Assembly (NCBI GenBank): GCA_051294375.1
Contig: CM119263.1
Location: 12,813,723 to 12,877,722 of the forward strand
Reading direction: 5' to 3'
From: Paraspadella gotoi
Lineage: Eukaryota > Animalia > Chaetognatha
DNA length: 64,000 bases
The notes under the pieces: generated by a model
Databases searched by the model: none
Told to the model about the DNA's origin: nothing
Seen by the model: only the letters and a program-made list of their open reading frames with translations
Part shown: positions 61,196-64,000 of the stretch, piece by piece
Position numbering within the stretch: the first letter of the stretch is position 1
How the letters are laid out: every line of letters begins with the position of its first letter
Made by a program: the position numbers and the translations under genes

Positions 61196-63214
61196 GAACA
61201 AAGAAAATGGGATTTTATGGATGCAAAAAATCCGGGAATTGGGGAAATGAAAATTTAAAGGATTCGATTAATTAGAATGGAAAGGATCAAAATAAAAAAT
61301 AAACAAAACATACAATTAAAACTTTTCTTTAGTAAACAAAATATTGAACAAAATCTGAACAATGAATAAATAATATATAAATATAAATAATAATTGTTTT
61401 CCCTTTCTCATTGAACCTGCGATAGATGATAGTTTACAGTTTAAACCGTTGAAAACGACTCACATGTATTGGTGCAATCACAGTTTCTTTATTGTCGATG
61501 GAATGCAGTATCAACCTGAATCTTTAGTCAACGGCCGACCGCTGATGTTTTCCTTACTCAAGCGAGGGCCGTCATGAATATGTTAATGACAATGAGAAAA
61601 GGAGAGTGGAGAGGAAGGAGTAAGAGAGAAAGAAAAAGAGAAGTAAAGAGGAAATGAGGGAAAGAGGAAATGAGAATGATAGTTATATTAAGTCGGAGTT
61701 TTCTTTTATTACTTTAGAGTTTAGACGACGTATGCTGAAAATAGAAGCTAAAAAGATGAATACATATTATTACATATTGCAAAATTACTTGTTTCACTAT
61801 CTTTATTTTTTATTTTTTTATTTTTTAGATTTAACTATTTTTCATAATTTTATTTATTTGTTGAAATATTTTTGTGTTAAATATTTAAATATAATATTAT
61901 TTATCTGTTTGGGATGGGGACGTTAGTGTTGTCTTCTGGAAATAGAGGGTGCATCTACACAACACAAGGTTACAAGATTACTATATTATATATTTTCACT
62001 TCCTCGTTTATTTCTAAGCAGAGAACGTTTCATTACTTTTATGGACAGTCAGGAGGGAAAACAGTGTTTTCATCATCAGGCAGTCGAAACTTAACTTATT
62101 TTTTGTAAGATGTTCTTTTTCTTAGCTTTAGAAAGCATAGTATAATATGAAAAACCGAGGATTTTCCACCGGAAAATCTGTATGTATTCTAGTTTTATTC
62201 ACTTTGGATTCGAGTACAAAAAAAGAACAGCGGGCGAAGAAAAGAAAAAAAGAAAAAAAAAGGACGAAAATGGAGTAAAAAAAAAAGAAAACGTAGAGAA
62301 AACAAGATTAGGTTTTTGCGGCGAGACCACCAACACAGGGTGAAAAAGTCAAGAAGAGAAAAGGGTTAGGGTAAAGAAAATTAAATAAAAGAAATAAAGA
62401 GAGAAAAAGAAGGGAGAGGGAAGAGAGAATGAGCCATATTTAGGTATATTTCCATTAGTCAATAATTTTTAATTTTTGTGTAAATGTTAATGTGTAAAGA
62501 TATTTAAACCTTGATATTTAATCTTTTTTAAAAAATGAAAAACAAACAAAAAAAGATAAAAACAATAAATCTTAAAAAGGCTTAGGTTTGCATGGAAAAA
62601 TTGCGGGGAAAGAAAATATAAAAAACGAAGTGAGTGACGAAAAAAAATAGTTGATTGGCTTAAGCGATGAATATATTGAGTCCGGAATTTGGCGAAGGTC
62701 ATTCGCCAAGGTCGAATCCTACGTCATTCGAGTAGCGCCTTTTACGTCATCGAACTACTTCTTCCTTTTGATATCGAAAACTTACCTGATCTCATTTCGT
62801 TTCAGATGGAAAGATAGATAATTCTATATATATAGCCGCACATATTTAGATAAACAGATAAGTAGATATATAGATAGATAACTACATCAATCAAAAAATC
62901 AATAGCGAAAAATTAGGGTAGTTTTTCAATTTATAAGAAGAAAAAAAAGGTTCCTACATGATAAAAAGTGATCGTTATAACTTTTTTTCCGTGGATGCCT
63001 TTTCAACTTTCTGGCGATCTCTCCCTTCCTCGTAAATTGCGCCGTCGCTGCCCCCGACGGCGAACGACCAAGGCCGATCCCGAGCAAAACTGCGAACGAG
63101 AAGATCGCGTCTTTAATCTCATGTTCGTCCTCCCGCGAATCGCTCGAGCCAAGTTGGGAACAACATCCTTCGCATCTCAATTTACATTTTGTATAATGTC
63201 GTTTTCTTCCCGGC

Positions 63215-63298
<84 letters not shown>

Positions 63299-64000
63299 TG
63301 AGCGGAGAATTGCGGTCTGATCAGTGGTATCGCTTGAAGGAAAGGAGCGAACTAGTCATAGGCCGATCTAAAGCGAAACTGAAAAGTTAATGAGCTTCCC
63401 TCCAAAAATGGCTCGACATTGCGAGTCTTAATTGCAAAAAAAAAAGTCAGAAAGCATTTTCAACGCTCGGTACAAATAAAAAAAAACTTGATTGAAAAAT
63501 CTAATCGTTCTCATCATGTCAACTCGGCGAACAGGCTAGATATCCCGCACCTATCTCTCTCTCTATCTTCCTGTCTCCCTCGACTTGAAATAATCGCGTT
63601 AAAGCCGTTGGCCGCGGCGAATAGGAGGACTAATGACTCGGTAATGCAGATATAATCCGAGCCAGACGGTAGTTCAATCTCTCCCTTTCCCCCCCCCTCC
63701 TCGATCCATCGCTCACGTCGGACCTCTCTCCAATCTCTTTTCCACTTCGATACATCACGGGCGTCATCTCCGTCACCACTCCACGCTGCCCCCACCAAAA
63801 CCTCCTACTTTCCTTAGACAATTAATGGTTCAGAGTGATAAAAAATATATAAAAGGGGAAACGTTGGGGGGGGGGGAGATTGAAAAATGACGCGGGAAGA
63901 TGGAAGCATCAAGCGAGAGAAATATCACGAAGGAACCGAGTTTTTAACATCGCACGGGGAGGAAGGCGGAAAGTAGTGGTAACCAAGGGCGACGAATAAT

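Overview
Draft-quality eukaryotic scaffold, most likely from an invertebrate animal. It is AT-rich with abundant (AG)n microsatellites and many N gaps, and falls into four zones. (1) 1-15.5 kb: host DNA with exons of a minus-strand gene. Two exons encode the N-terminal half of an F-type lectin domain, and upstream Thr-rich and charged exons are probable. Two near-duplicated, indel-ridden blocks next to 25-N gaps look like gap-filling artefacts. (2) 15.6-31 kb: a dense nest of mobile DNA. It holds DINE-1/Helentron-type non-autonomous elements, hAT and Tc1/mariner MITEs, and a 5'-truncated Penelope-like element (RT thumb + GIY-YIG) between ~480-bp inverted repeats that each carry a hammerhead ribozyme. 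It also holds a 406-bp partial-tandem unit that combines a tRNA-like Pol III promoter with a twister-ribozyme-like motif, the most novel-looking item. Five minimal hammerheads of one family occur between 12.5 and 29.7 kb. (3) 31060-36791: a near-complete CsRn1/Kabuki-clade Gypsy retrotransposon with a G GGA AAC slippery site and pseudoknot. Its matching AGCT target duplication lies at an orphan LTR start at 15509, so zone 2 may be mis-joined or LTR-bounded cargo. (4) 36.8-64 kb: low-complexity intergenic or intronic DNA in which I cannot support any gene. All calls are by eye; no searches were run.
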